NCBI RefSeq assembly: GCF_001642725.1
Contig: NZ_LSUQ01000010.1
Location: 62,001-86,669, forward strand
DNA: 24,669 bases
From: Ferroacidibacillus organovorans
GTDB taxonomy: Bacteria; Bacillota; Bacilli; Alicyclobacillales; SLC66
Direction of reading: 5' to 3'
Program-made: the position numbers and the translations under genes
Shown here: in pieces, positions 1 through 8,988 of the stretch
Layout of the letters: every line of letters begins with the position of its first letter
Position numbering within the stretch: the first letter of the stretch is position 1
Notes under the pieces: generated by a model
What the model was told of the DNA's origin: nothing
Database searches by the model: none
Seen by the model: only the letters and a program-made list of their open reading frames with translations

Positions 1-255
1 TTGCCTCAATTGACAGAACAGCGTCGTGTTGAGTTGACGAAGGTGATTCGCAAACTTGCGGAAGAGGGGCGCGTCGCGGTACGTAATGTTCGCCGCGATG
101 TGAATGATGATGTGAAAAAGGCGGAGAAACAGTCACTGCTCCCGGAAGATGAGAGCCGTCGCCTGCAAGAGAAAATCCAAGATGTCACAGACAAAACCGT
201 CGCTGAGATTGATCGTTTGCTGGCGCAAAAAGAACGCGAACTGCTCGAGGTTTAA
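1..255 (+). CDS. frr: Ribosome recycling factor, C-terminal part (5' end outside window)
   Basis: PQLTEQRRVELTK...EEGRVAVRNVRRD...KERELLEV matches the RRF C-terminal half; canonical position upstream of uppS. Confidence 0.96.
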   Translation: MPQLTEQRRVELTKVIRKLAEEGRVAVRNVRRDVNDDVKKAEKQSLLPEDESRRLQEKIQDVTDKTVAEIDRLLAQKERELLEV

Positions 256-289
256 ACAGGTTAAGGTCTAAACGGGTTGAGGGTAGATC

Positions 290-1060
290 ATGGCGCCTAA
301 CTGGAAATCCATGTTTAAGAGCAAAGCGCGAAGTGTTCGTCTCCAGATCCCGGAAGGGATGCCTGTCCCTCAACATGTCGCGGTCATCATGGATGGCAAC
401 GGCCGCTGGGCGACGGTGCGGGGACTCCCGCGTATGGCGGGTCATCACGCTGGGATGGGCGCGATGAGAGACGTGATTCGCGCGGCCGACGATGTTGGTG
501 TGAAGTTTCTCACCATGTACGCGTTCTCCACGGAAAACTGGAAACGCCCCCGCCAAGAAATCCAATATCTCTGGCAACTTCTCGAGGAGTTTTTTTTACG
601 CGATATCAAGGAACTCATCGAGCGCAATGTTGTAATTCGCTTTATTGGCGACACCACGCATCTCCCGCTTGCCTCGCAGAAAACAATTGAACGCGCAAAA
701 GAGATGACTTGCTCCAATACAGGAATGGTCGTTCAATTCGCATTGAATTATGGCAGCCGTTTGGAGATTGTCGAAGCGATCAAAGCAATCGCGAAACGCG
801 TCGAGTCAGGCGAGCTCTCACCCGATGATATTGACGATTCCGTTTTGTCCTCTCATTTGTCAACTGCAGGCATTCCTGACCCGGATCTGCTGATTCGCAC
901 ATCCGGCGATCAACGCATCAGTAATTTTCTGCTATGGCAGATTGCGTACGCAGAACTCTATTTTTGTGATAAATTATGGCCAGAGTTTCATCGCGAAGAT
1001 TTTCTCGCAGCTCTTGAATCATATGGACGGCGCGAGCGTCGCTTTGGCGGTTTAAAATAG
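290..1060 (+). CDS. uppS: Undecaprenyl diphosphate synthase (cis-prenyltransferase)
   Basis: Motifs HVAVIMDGNGRWA, YAFSTENWKRP, ALNYGSR, PDPDLLIRTSGDQRISNFLLWQ; SD-like GAGGG before ATG 290. Confidence 0.97.
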   Translation: MAPNWKSMFKSKARSVRLQIPEGMPVPQHVAVIMDGNGRWATVRGLPRMAGHHAGMGAMRDVIRAADDVGVKFLTMYAFSTENWKRPRQEIQYLWQLLEEFFLRDIKELIERNVVIRFIGDTTHLPLASQKTIERAKEMTCSNTGMVVQFALNYGSRLEIVEAIKAIAKRVESGELSPDDIDDSVLSSHLSTAGIPDPDLLIRTSGDQRISNFLLWQIAYAELYFCDKLWPEFHREDFLAALESYGRRERRFGGLK

Positions 1061-1079
1061 GGATAACCTATTTTTGTTT
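1054..1079 (+). terminator. Weak terminator-like hairpin overlapping the uppS stop codon
   Basis: AAAATAGG (1054-1061)/CCTATTTT (1067-1074) inverted repeat with 5-nt loop, running into TTTTTGTTT; AT-rich stem, probably leaky. Confidence 0.4.
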
Positions 1080-1116
1080 CGCGCGCGTGAAAGTAAAATT
1101 TGAAGTAGGTGTTCTG

Positions 1117-1908
1117 GTGCTCTTTCAACGAGTCATCACGGCCGTGCTTGGCGTGATCCTGGTGCTTTCTGCACTTTGGGTGGGCGGTGTTTTTCTGGGT
1201 TTGCTTTTTGCGGCGATCGCCGTCGTCAGCACGCTCGAGATCGGTACGATGATGAAGATCGCAAAGACAAGCGCGGAGAGTGTCGTGGCGATCGTCTTTG
1301 CGATCTTGATCGTCTTATGGCCAGGCTTTGAACGATTCTGGTTTGCCCTTTTTTATGCTCTGCTCGTGTTGACGATCGTTCGTCGGGAGTCGTTTTCTTT
1401 TTCTGGAGCGGGTGTGCTTTTTGCGGGCGCCCTTTATTCAAGCTATGCGTTTCGAACGCTCCTTGATCTTCGCGAAACCGCACACGGTCTCGCTTTTGTC
1501 ATGATTATCTTGATCGCGATCTGGTCGACGGACACAGGCGCCTTTTTTGTTGGACGAGCGCTTGGCGGGCGTAAATTAATGCCGGAAGTTAGCCCGAAGA
1601 AAACGGTGTCCGGGGCGTTTGGTGGACTCGTGCTCGCTGTGATTTTAACGGTAGTGACAGGCCTTTTCATGCTGCCGCACGCGCTGAATGATTGGGGGAT
1701 GCTCGCGCTGCTTGGTGCGATTATTTCCGTCTCTGGACAAACGGGTGATCTGGTGGAATCCGCGCTAAAGAGGCACTATGCTGTAAAAGACTCCGGGTGG
1801 TTGCTACCAGGTCACGGTGGGCTGCTTGATCGCTTTGACAGTCTCTTACTGGCCGCTCCCATCGCGTATCATTTTATCATTTGGTTCTTTCCAGCATATA
1901 TTCTTTAA
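1117..1908 (+). CDS. cdsA: Phosphatidate cytidylyltransferase
   Basis: Hydrophobic multi-TM protein with WSTDTGAFFVG, VSPKKTVSG, GDLVESALKR..VKDSG.LLPGHGGLLDRFDS; start moved from 1087 to GTG 1117 behind SD AGGTG (1107-1111). Confidence 0.96.
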   Translation: MLFQRVITAVLGVILVLSALWVGGVFLGLLFAAIAVVSTLEIGTMMKIAKTSAESVVAIVFAILIVLWPGFERFWFALFYALLVLTIVRRESFSFSGAGVLFAGALYSSYAFRTLLDLRETAHGLAFVMIILIAIWSTDTGAFFVGRALGGRKLMPEVSPKKTVSGAFGGLVLAVILTVVTGLFMLPHALNDWGMLALLGAIISVSGQTGDLVESALKRHYAVKDSGWLLPGHGGLLDRFDSLLLAAPIAYHFIIWFFPAYIL

Positions 1909-1928
1909 GGATGAATCGAGGTGTCCGC

Positions 1929-3095
1929 GTGTCGAAAGCACTGATTCTTCTGGGGTGTACAGGCTCGATCGGTCGCCAGACGCTTGACGTCGTTTGTGCG
2001 AATCGCGATGCATTTCACATCGCAGGGGTAAGCGCTCGCCGGTTGTCGGAGAGTCTCCTTGCTACGATTCGCGAGATAAAACCAGACGTGGTTGCTGTTG
2101 AATCAGAAACAGATGCAAAACGTCTCGCGGATGAATTCCCTGGGTTGACCGTCTTTTCTGGCTCATCTGCCTTGAAGCGGCTTGCGGCTTTAGATCAGAG
2201 TGCGCTTGTCGTAAACGCGCTGTCTGGTTCGATTGGCATTGAGCCGACGCTTGCTGCTCTGACGAATGGTTGTGATGTGGCACTGGCCAACAAGGAAACA
2301 TTGGTTGCGGCAGGCCAACTGGTCATGGAAACGGCCCGGCTGCGTGGGGTGGATGTGATTCCTGTTGACTCAGAGCATGTCGCGCTTGCTCAATGTCTCA
2401 ACGGGAATTCGTTGCGTTCTGTTGAGAAGCTGCTGATTACCGCGTCTGGCGGGCCGTTTCGCGGAAAGACAAGGGCTGAACTGAAGGATGTTACCGTTGA
2501 ACAGGCTTTGGCTCATCCGAATTGGTCGATGGGCTCTAAAATCACGGTTGACTCGGCTACACTGATGAATAAAGGATTGGAAATTCTCGAGGCGCACCAT
2601 CTCTTTCAGATTCCACTCGATCAAATCGAGGCATTGATCCATCCTCAGAGTATCGTTCACTCGATGGTTCAGTTTCGCGATGGCGCGATGATGGCTCAGT
2701 TGGGTGCTCACGATATGCGTATCCCGATTCACTATGCCCTGTTTTATAAACAAGGGAGAAAGGATTCACAACTCCCGCGCATCAATCTTCTGGAGATCGG
2801 TCAGTTGACGTTTGAACAACCTGACTTTATTACGTTTCCAGCCGTCACGCTCGCTATGCAATGCGGTAAAATGGGGGGGACGATCCCGGCGGTGATGAAT
2901 GCCGCCAATGAAGTGGCGGCTCACGCCTTTTTGCGCGGAGAGCTTGCATACCTTAAAATTATTGAGATGGTCTCGGCGGTAGTGGAGGCGCATACGCCTA
3001 CGTACAATCCGACACTTGAAGAGATTCTCGACGCGGATCGCCTTGCGCGTGATGAGACAGAAAAAAGGATTCGAAAGCAGGTGGAGATGCATTGA
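1929..3095 (+). CDS. dxr: 1-deoxy-D-xylulose 5-phosphate reductoisomerase (MEP pathway)
   Basis: LGCTGSIG, LANKE, PVDSEH, TASGGPF, HPNWSMG, NKGLE, NAANE; start GTG 1929 behind SD GAGGTG (1918-1923). Confidence 0.97.
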   Translation: MSKALILLGCTGSIGRQTLDVVCANRDAFHIAGVSARRLSESLLATIREIKPDVVAVESETDAKRLADEFPGLTVFSGSSALKRLAALDQSALVVNALSGSIGIEPTLAALTNGCDVALANKETLVAAGQLVMETARLRGVDVIPVDSEHVALAQCLNGNSLRSVEKLLITASGGPFRGKTRAELKDVTVEQALAHPNWSMGSKITVDSATLMNKGLEILEAHHLFQIPLDQIEALIHPQSIVHSMVQFRDGAMMAQLGAHDMRIPIHYALFYKQGRKDSQLPRINLLEIGQLTFEQPDFITFPAVTLAMQCGKMGGTIPAVMNAANEVAAHAFLRGELAYLKIIEMVSAVVEAHTPTYNPTLEEILDADRLARDETEKRIRKQVEMH

Positions 3096-4360
3096 TTTCG
3101 TGGCTTTTTGACGGCGGCGTGCGGACGGTTCTCAGTGTGGTCATCGTCTTTTTGATCCTTGTCACGATCCACGAGTTCGGGCATTTCATCGTGGCGAAAA
3201 AAGCGGGCGTCTTAGTGCCGAAATTTGCAATCGGGTTCGGTCCACCCATTTTTAAGTTTGGGCGAGGAGAGACCGAGTACTCGATTCGTCTATTGCCGCT
3301 CGGCGGATTCGTTCAATTGGCGGGGGAAATACCTCAAGATACGCTCTTTAAGACTGGGGAAGAAGTCGCAGTTCTTTGTAACGCGTCAGGCGAAGTGACC
3401 CTGATTGGCGAACCGATCGACGTGCGTGGGGATCAGGTTGTAAGCGGATCGCTTGTAGCGATCGATACGACCAAGGCATTCACAGTGACGCTGCAGACCG
3501 TCGACGGTGTTCACACGTATCCTTTTGCGCTGCGCGCGTACATTGCGAATGGTAAAGATCGCATTCCCATGGCTCCACCGAATCGACAGATGATGCAAAA
3601 ACCGCTCTTCGCGAGGATGCTGATCGTTTTTGCGGGTCCGTTGATGAACGTCATCTTGACCATCGTCTTGCTCTCCATCGTAACCCTGTCGGTAGGCACC
3701 CTTTCCTCTCCACCGCAAATCGCTTCTGTCGAGGCCAATTCTCCTGCGAGTCGAGCGGGTATCGTCCCGGGGGATACGATTGTGTCCGTGGGGAACGCTG
3801 CGACGCAAAACTGGACACAGTTGGTTCTCGCGATTGAAACGCATCCGAACAAATCGCTCATCGTGACGGTTGCGCGCAATGGACACGATCAGACGATTAC
3901 GGTAACGCCTGAAAAACGCTCGAACGGAATGGGCTTTATCGGCATTACACCCGCCGTGACACACGGACTGATTCCGGCGATTGAGGGTGGATTTCAGCAG
4001 ACGGTCGCATACACACAAATGATTTATCAGGCATTGGGACATCTCTTTACGAGTCGCACCGCGTTTGTGAAAGACGTCGGTGGTCCCGTGAAAATTGTGC
4101 AGGTTATTGGACAGCAGGCACAACTGGGTGTTCTCAATTTGGTCAACCTAACGGCTGTTCTGAGCTTAAACTTGGCAATCTTTAACTTGTTGCCGATTCC
4201 GGCGCTCGATGGAAGCCGCCTTTTGTTCATGTTGGTCGAGTGGATTCGCGGAAGGCCGGTCGATCCGCGAAAAGAGTATGCTGTTCACGCCATCGGCTTT
4301 GCGATACTCATTCTGTTTACGGTGTTTCGCACCTATCTTGATGTCACACAGTTGCATTAA
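3092..4360 (+). CDS. rseP: RIP intramembrane zinc metalloprotease RseP/RasP (M50) with PDZ domain
   Basis: HEFGH zinc motif, FAIGFGP, RLLPLGGFV, AGPLMN, PDZ segment SPASRAGIVPGDTI, NLLPIPALDG; TTG start overlaps the dxr stop. Confidence 0.95.
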   Translation: MISWLFDGGVRTVLSVVIVFLILVTIHEFGHFIVAKKAGVLVPKFAIGFGPPIFKFGRGETEYSIRLLPLGGFVQLAGEIPQDTLFKTGEEVAVLCNASGEVTLIGEPIDVRGDQVVSGSLVAIDTTKAFTVTLQTVDGVHTYPFALRAYIANGKDRIPMAPPNRQMMQKPLFARMLIVFAGPLMNVILTIVLLSIVTLSVGTLSSPPQIASVEANSPASRAGIVPGDTIVSVGNAATQNWTQLVLAIETHPNKSLIVTVARNGHDQTITVTPEKRSNGMGFIGITPAVTHGLIPAIEGGFQQTVAYTQMIYQALGHLFTSRTAFVKDVGGPVKIVQVIGQQAQLGVLNLVNLTAVLSLNLAIFNLLPIPALDGSRLLFMLVEWIRGRPVDPRKEYAVHAIGFAILILFTVFRTYLDVTQLH

Positions 4361-4382
4361 AAAGACGCAGGAGTAAATTGAT

Positions 4383-7300
4383 ATGTCAGCAGATCCAATG
4401 AATGTAAACGCGCATCAGGAAAACGTGGAAAATCAGGTTGCCGAGATGCTCGGTCTCTCGCTCCCGCCGTTTAAACTGCTTGATGATGTGACAAATGCCG
4501 TACAAGAATTGAAACGCGCCAAAGCGGAAGTGAGTGTGCAAACCAGGGCAAGGCGCCTGCGCATTCGCATTCCGTCGCTTCCGCTTGCGCTCTGGCCCGC
4601 CCTGTGTCAAATCTGGCAAGGGTTGCGCAGATCCGCTCCAACGGTCGAATTGGATGTGATTCAGGAGCAACCGAGTGAACGTTTTGCGAGTGATGAGATT
4701 GAAGAAGCGCAAGCGTTCGGGGCGCTTCTATACGCCGTTGCCAAGGAGCAGCCGCTGTTTCAGGGGATGCTCCATCACGCGCGCTATCACTACGAACTGA
4801 ATCGTTTGACGCTTTATGTCGCTACGCTTCCCGATGGCGTAGCGCTTACGAAACTTACGCAGCGCATCGAGGCGCTCCTGAGTTCATTTATGGGTACAAA
4901 AACCCATTTCAATTTTAAACTTCACGAGAATCGCGATGAGATTGTTGAAGCGTTCCGGCGTGAAGTCGAGACGACGAGCATGGAGTTCGGAAGACAGCAG
5001 ACAGAGGCGATCGCGACGGATGAGCGACCTGTGGCTGCGAATTTTCGACTGCAAATCGGAGGCGCGATTGAAGAGCAGGCGAGGCGCTGTGTAGAGTTAC
5101 AAGATGAAATGAATCGCGTCGTGATTGAAGGGCGCATTTTTGGCGTCGATATCCAGTCGCTTAAAAATGGTCGCAAACTCTATAAATGGTTCCTGACTGA
5201 TGAGACCGATTCTCTAACATGCAAATATTTTTCAAACGCCAATTCTGCGGAAGAATCGCTCGATTCATTACGCGATGGACTCCATCTGCGCGTTCGCGGA
5301 TCGACCAAGTTTGATGTTCACGACGGTGAACTTGTCATGATGGTGCGCGATGTTCAACAGATGGACGTGGCGGTGCAAAAAGACGAGATGGAAAGCAAGC
5401 GAATCGAACTCCACGCGCATACGAAAATGAGCGCGCTCGACAGCGTGGTTTCTGCGTTTGATCTCGTCAAGCACGCGGCAGAACTTGGCCATCGCGCGAT
5501 CGCCATCACGGATCACGGTGTCGCGCAAGCCTATCCGGACGCATATAAAGCGGGCAAAACGTTTGGCATTGACATCCTGTACGGGGTTGAGGCGTATCTC
5601 GTTGATGCGGGTCTCACCATCGTGTCGCGCAGCAAACCGGACGTATCGCTCGACAGCCAGACGTACGTGATTTTTGACACGGAGACGACCGGGTTATCTG
5701 CTGCAGAGGATGAACTGATTGAAATTGCGGGCGTTAAAATGACGAAAGGGACGATCGTCGATACGTTCTCGCAATTGATTCGACCGAAACGCTCGATTCC
5801 GCCAAAAATTTCTGAGATTACGCAGATTACCAATGACATGGTGACATCAGCCCCTTCCGTAGAAGAGGTGCTGCCGCAGTTTCAGGCGTTTTGCAAAGGG
5901 GCGCTCTTGGTCGCTCACAATGCAGAGTTTGATCAGGGTTTTCTTGACGTGCAGTGTCGCAAGCTTGGAATGGCGCGCTTTGATCAACCGATTCTCGATA
6001 CACTGTCACTCGCGCGTTGCCTTTATCCTGGTGAGCGCAATCACAAGTTGAAGACGTTGACGCAGAAATTCTCGATTACCTTGATCAACCATCACCGAGC
6101 GCTCGCGGATGCTGAGGCGACGGGGCACGTTTTTTTCAAGATGATGGATCATATTAAGCAAGAGGGTATTGCCACAACGCTTGATGATCTGAACGCATTA
6201 GGTCGCAATCAGAATAGTGTCTCGCGTTCACGCCCTCATCATATGACGATACTTACTGCGACGCGCCATGGGCTGCGCAACTTATATGAACTGATCTCAC
6301 TCTCACACACGAAGTATTTGCACCGCGAACCGCGAATTCCGCGATCGCTTCTGCTCGAATATCGCAAAGGGCTACTCTTTGGATCAGGTTGTCACCGCGG
6401 TGAACTATTTCAGGCGCTCGTGCGTGGCAAATCGGATGATGAACTGATCGCGATCGCCGATTTTTATGATTTTATCGAGGTACAACCTGTGGATCAGTAC
6501 GCGGATTTGTTTGATTCTGGAGAAGTCAGTGGTCCTGCCGTCATTCGTCAATACCACAAGCGGCTCTTGGCGATTGCGGATCAGTTGGGAAAACCGGTCG
6601 TTGCGACAGGGGATGTTCACTTTCTTTACGAGTCGGATGCCGTGTTTCGCGAAATTGTCAAAAACAGCATCCCGCCGCATAAGCGAGAGTCGCGTTCGCA
6701 AAATCGTCTGCGCTTGCACTTTCGAACAACCCGTGAAATGCTTGACGATTTTGCCCATTTTGGTGAACGCGCGCACGAGGTGGTCGTTGCCAATTCGCAC
6801 CGCATCGCCGATCAGATTGAGTCTTTTAGCCCATTGCCCGATCGCGTCTATCCGCCGCTCATGGAAGGTGCGGATGATGACGTAAAGCGTTTGGCGATCG
6901 AGCGCGTGCACGCGCTCTATGGCGATGAACTCCCGTCGGTGGTGGCGGAACGGGTCGAGAAGGAGCTTCACAGCATCATCTCAAACGGATTTGCCGTGAA
7001 CTATTTAATCGCGCAAAAATTGGTCACGCAGTCTCTGCGCGATGGATACATTGTTGGTTCGCGTGGATCGGTCGGTTCATCCCTTGTCGCCACATTACTC
7101 GATATCACAGAAGTGAATCCATTGCCGCCACACTATCGCTGTGAGTCTTGTCGAACCTCTGAGTTTATCTTGGACGGAACGGTCGGTTCGGGATTCGATC
7201 TGCCTGATCGCGCGTGTACTCTATGTGGACTTCCGCTGATTAAAGATGGACAAGACATTCCGTTTGAGACGTTTCTCGGCTTTAAAGGAGACAAAGTGCC

Positions 7301-8720
7301 TGATATTGACCTCAATTTTTCGGGTGAGTATCAAGCGCGCGCGCATCGCTATACGGAAGAACTGTTTGGGACAGAGTACGTATTTCGCGCAGGGACGATC
7401 TCGACGATCGCCGACAAAACTGCGTTTGGCTATGTGCGTAAATGGGCTGAAGAAACGGGCAAACGGCTTCGTCCTGCAGAGATGAGGCGGCTTGCGGCTG
7501 GCTGTGAAGGGGTAAAGCGCACGACGGGACAGCATCCTGGGGGACTGATCATCGTGCCGAGTGATCACGAGATCTATGATTTCTGTCCGATTCAGCATCC
7601 GGCGGATGATTCGTCATCACAAACGCGCACGACGCATTTTGATTTTCACAGCATACATGACAATCTCTTGAAATTGGACATCCTCGGTCACGACGATCCG
7701 ACTGTCCTTCGCATGCTAGAAGACTTGACAGGCGTTGATGTGCGCCGAGTGCCTGTGGATGATCCAAACGTCGTCTCCCTTTTTCGCGGAACAGAAGCAT
7801 TGGCGGTTACTCCGGCGCAGATCCACTCCAATACAGGAACGTTTGGGATTCCGGAGTTTGGCACTAAGTTTGTGCGACAGATGCTTGAAGATACGAAGCC
7901 GGCTACATTTTCTGATCTTGTGCGCATCTCCGGGTTGTCGCACGGTACGGATGTGTGGCTCAATAACGCGCAAGAATTGATACGAACAAGAAAGATCCCA
8001 CTGGCTCAAGTCATTTGTTGTCGCGATGACATCATGGTGTATCTTATTTATCAAGGTCTCGATCCATCGCGCGCGTTTCGCATCATGGAAAGTGTTCGCA
8101 AAGGCAAGGGTCTTAGCGATGAAGACATGGAGGTCATGCGCGGGGCGGGCGTGCCTGACTGGTATCTGCAGTCGTGCCAGCGCATCAAATACATGTTCCC
8201 GAAGGCGCACGCAGCCGCGTATGTTCTGAATGCAGTGCGCATCGCGTACTTTAAGGTGTACCATCCGCTAGCGTTTTACGCCGCGTATTTTACGGTGCGC
8301 GCGAGTGATTTTGATCTTGACGTGATGAACCGCGGTGCCGATGCGATTGAGTTGACGGTGCGTGAGATTGAGCAAAAAGGCAAAGAGGCGAGCAACAAAG
8401 AAACGGACATGTTAACCGTTCTTGAGGTGGCGCTTGAAATGACGAGACGCGGTTTTAAATTCTATCCGCTTTCGCTGGAAGAAAGTCACGCAACCCACTT
8501 TTTACTTAAAGCAGACGGATTACTGCCGCCGTTTGCGGCAGCCCCAGGCATTGGCGCTGCTGCGGCCACATCAATCACCAAAGCGCGTGAAGAATCCCCG
8601 TTTATCTCGTGGGAGGATTTACGCGAACGTGGTCGGGCGAGCAAGTCGGTCATCGAACTGTTAAACGGGTATGGTGCGTTGACCCATCTTCCAGTGACCA
8701 ATCAACTCTCCCTCTTTTAA
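4383..8720 (+). CDS. polC: DNA polymerase III PolC-type alpha subunit with embedded 3'-5' exonuclease
   Basis: OB-fold region; PHP motifs ELHAHT, TDHG, TGDVH; DEDDh exonuclease DTETTG/HNAEFD/HRALADA; RGSVGSS; zinc finger CESC...CTLC; catalytic PDIDLNF and KLDILG; C-terminal clamp-binding QLSLF; SD AGGAG. Confidence 0.98.
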   Translation: MSADPMNVNAHQENVENQVAEMLGLSLPPFKLLDDVTNAVQELKRAKAEVSVQTRARRLRIRIPSLPLALWPALCQIWQGLRRSAPTVELDVIQEQPSERFASDEIEEAQAFGALLYAVAKEQPLFQGMLHHARYHYELNRLTLYVATLPDGVALTKLTQRIEALLSSFMGTKTHFNFKLHENRDEIVEAFRREVETTSMEFGRQQTEAIATDERPVAANFRLQIGGAIEEQARRCVELQDEMNRVVIEGRIFGVDIQSLKNGRKLYKWFLTDETDSLTCKYFSNANSAEESLDSLRDGLHLRVRGSTKFDVHDGELVMMVRDVQQMDVAVQKDEMESKRIELHAHTKMSALDSVVSAFDLVKHAAELGHRAIAITDHGVAQAYPDAYKAGKTFGIDILYGVEAYLVDAGLTIVSRSKPDVSLDSQTYVIFDTETTGLSAAEDELIEIAGVKMTKGTIVDTFSQLIRPKRSIPPKISEITQITNDMVTSAPSVEEVLPQFQAFCKGALLVAHNAEFDQGFLDVQCRKLGMARFDQPILDTLSLARCLYPGERNHKLKTLTQKFSITLINHHRALADAEATGHVFFKMMDHIKQEGIATTLDDLNALGRNQNSVSRSRPHHMTILTATRHGLRNLYELISLSHTKYLHREPRIPRSLLLEYRKGLLFGSGCHRGELFQALVRGKSDDELIAIADFYDFIEVQPVDQYADLFDSGEVSGPAVIRQYHKRLLAIADQLGKPVVATGDVHFLYESDAVFREIVKNSIPPHKRESRSQNRLRLHFRTTREMLDDFAHFGERAHEVVVANSHRIADQIESFSPLPDRVYPPLMEGADDDVKRLAIERVHALYGDELPSVVAERVEKELHSIISNGFAVNYLIAQKLVTQSLRDGYIVGSRGSVGSSLVATLLDITEVNPLPPHYRCESCRTSEFILDGTVGSGFDLPDRACTLCGLPLIKDGQDIPFETFLGFKGDKVPDIDLNFSGEYQARAHRYTEELFGTEYVFRAGTISTIADKTAFGYVRKWAEETGKRLRPAEMRRLAAGCEGVKRTTGQHPGGLIIVPSDHEIYDFCPIQHPADDSSSQTRTTHFDFHSIHDNLLKLDILGHDDPTVLRMLEDLTGVDVRRVPVDDPNVVSLFRGTEALAVTPAQIHSNTGTFGIPEFGTKFVRQMLEDTKPATFSDLVRISGLSHGTDVWLNNAQELIRTRKIPLAQVICCRDDIMVYLIYQGLDPSRAFRIMESVRKGKGLSDEDMEVMRGAGVPDWYLQSCQRIKYMFPKAHAAAYVLNAVRIAYFKVYHPLAFYAAYFTVRASDFDLDVMNRGADAIELTVREIEQKGKEASNKETDMLTVLEVALEMTRRGFKFYPLSLEESHATHFLLKADGLLPPFAAAPGIGAAAATSITKAREESPFISWEDLRERGRASKSVIELLNGYGALTHLPVTNQLSLF

Positions 8721-8797
8721 GGTGATCACGCCATCCCGCGATAAAAGAGTTGCGTGACCAGACGCTTAGTGCGCATGGGTCGGTGCGGGCGAGTGCA

Positions 8798-8826
8798 TTG
8801 CAATGGGTGTAGCAAGGTGGTATACT
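8798..8826 (+). promoter_or_regulatory. SigA-type promoter of the rimP-nusA-infB operon
   Basis: -35 TTGCAA (8798-8803), 17-nt spacer, extended -10 TG-G-TATACT (8818-8826). Confidence 0.8.
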
Positions 8827-8863
8827 TTTACCAACGCGACGTAACATACCAATGTGTGCTACT

Positions 8864-8891
8864 GGAGTGGGGTTTCCCCACTCTTTCGTTT
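8864..8891 (+). terminator. rimP leader attenuator hairpin (NusA-dependent terminator type)
   Basis: Perfect 8-bp stem GAGTGGGG (8865-8872)-TTT-CCCCACTC (8876-8883) followed by interrupted U-tract TTTCGTTT, between the promoter and rimP. Confidence 0.8.
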
Positions 8892-8988
8892 GTGTATGTG
8901 CAGTGGCACCTTTGGGATGTTCCGTCGATTGGCTACGGGTGCGACGTGTTCAGGTAGCTCGAACACGTATGGATTTGGGAGGTCGTTT

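Noticed and set aside
1930..1936. Perfect Spo0A box TGTCGAA at the dxr start codon, and near-matches at 23288-23305
   Set aside because: The 7-mer also occurs inside polC, infB and pnp coding sequence, so it is within chance expectation; no associated promoter at dxr.
3340..3600. Extra soluble segment in RseP between the first membrane region and the AGP motif
   Set aside because: Bacillus-type RasP proteins of about 420 aa normally have this segment; total length here is 422 aa.
3386..4123. 245-aa antisense ORF within rseP, and similar shadow ORFs in polC, infB, pnp and dpaB
   Set aside because: Fully overlap well-supported conserved genes on the opposite strand and contain no recognisable motifs.
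4383..8720. Possible intein or intron in the 1445-aa PolC
   Set aside because: Length is typical for PolC, the insertion in the PHP domain is the standard exonuclease, and no intein splice or homing-endonuclease motifs are seen.
8952..8961. 10-mer AGGTAGCTCG shared by hairpins in the rimP and dpaA leaders
   Set aside because: One shared 10-mer among about 1 kb of intergenic DNA is not clearly beyond chance, and it pairs differently in the two hairpins.
8948..8964. GTTC-N9-GAAC as a LexA/SOS box
   Set aside because: The Firmicutes box is GAAC-N4-GTTC; orientation and spacing do not fit. Better explained as an RNA hairpin.
8754..8988. 67-aa ORF at 8754-8957 and the 45-aa N-terminal extension of RimP from 8854
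   Set aside because: They run across the promoter and attenuator and lack an SD; the GGAGG-preceded ATG at 8989 gives a normal-length RimP.
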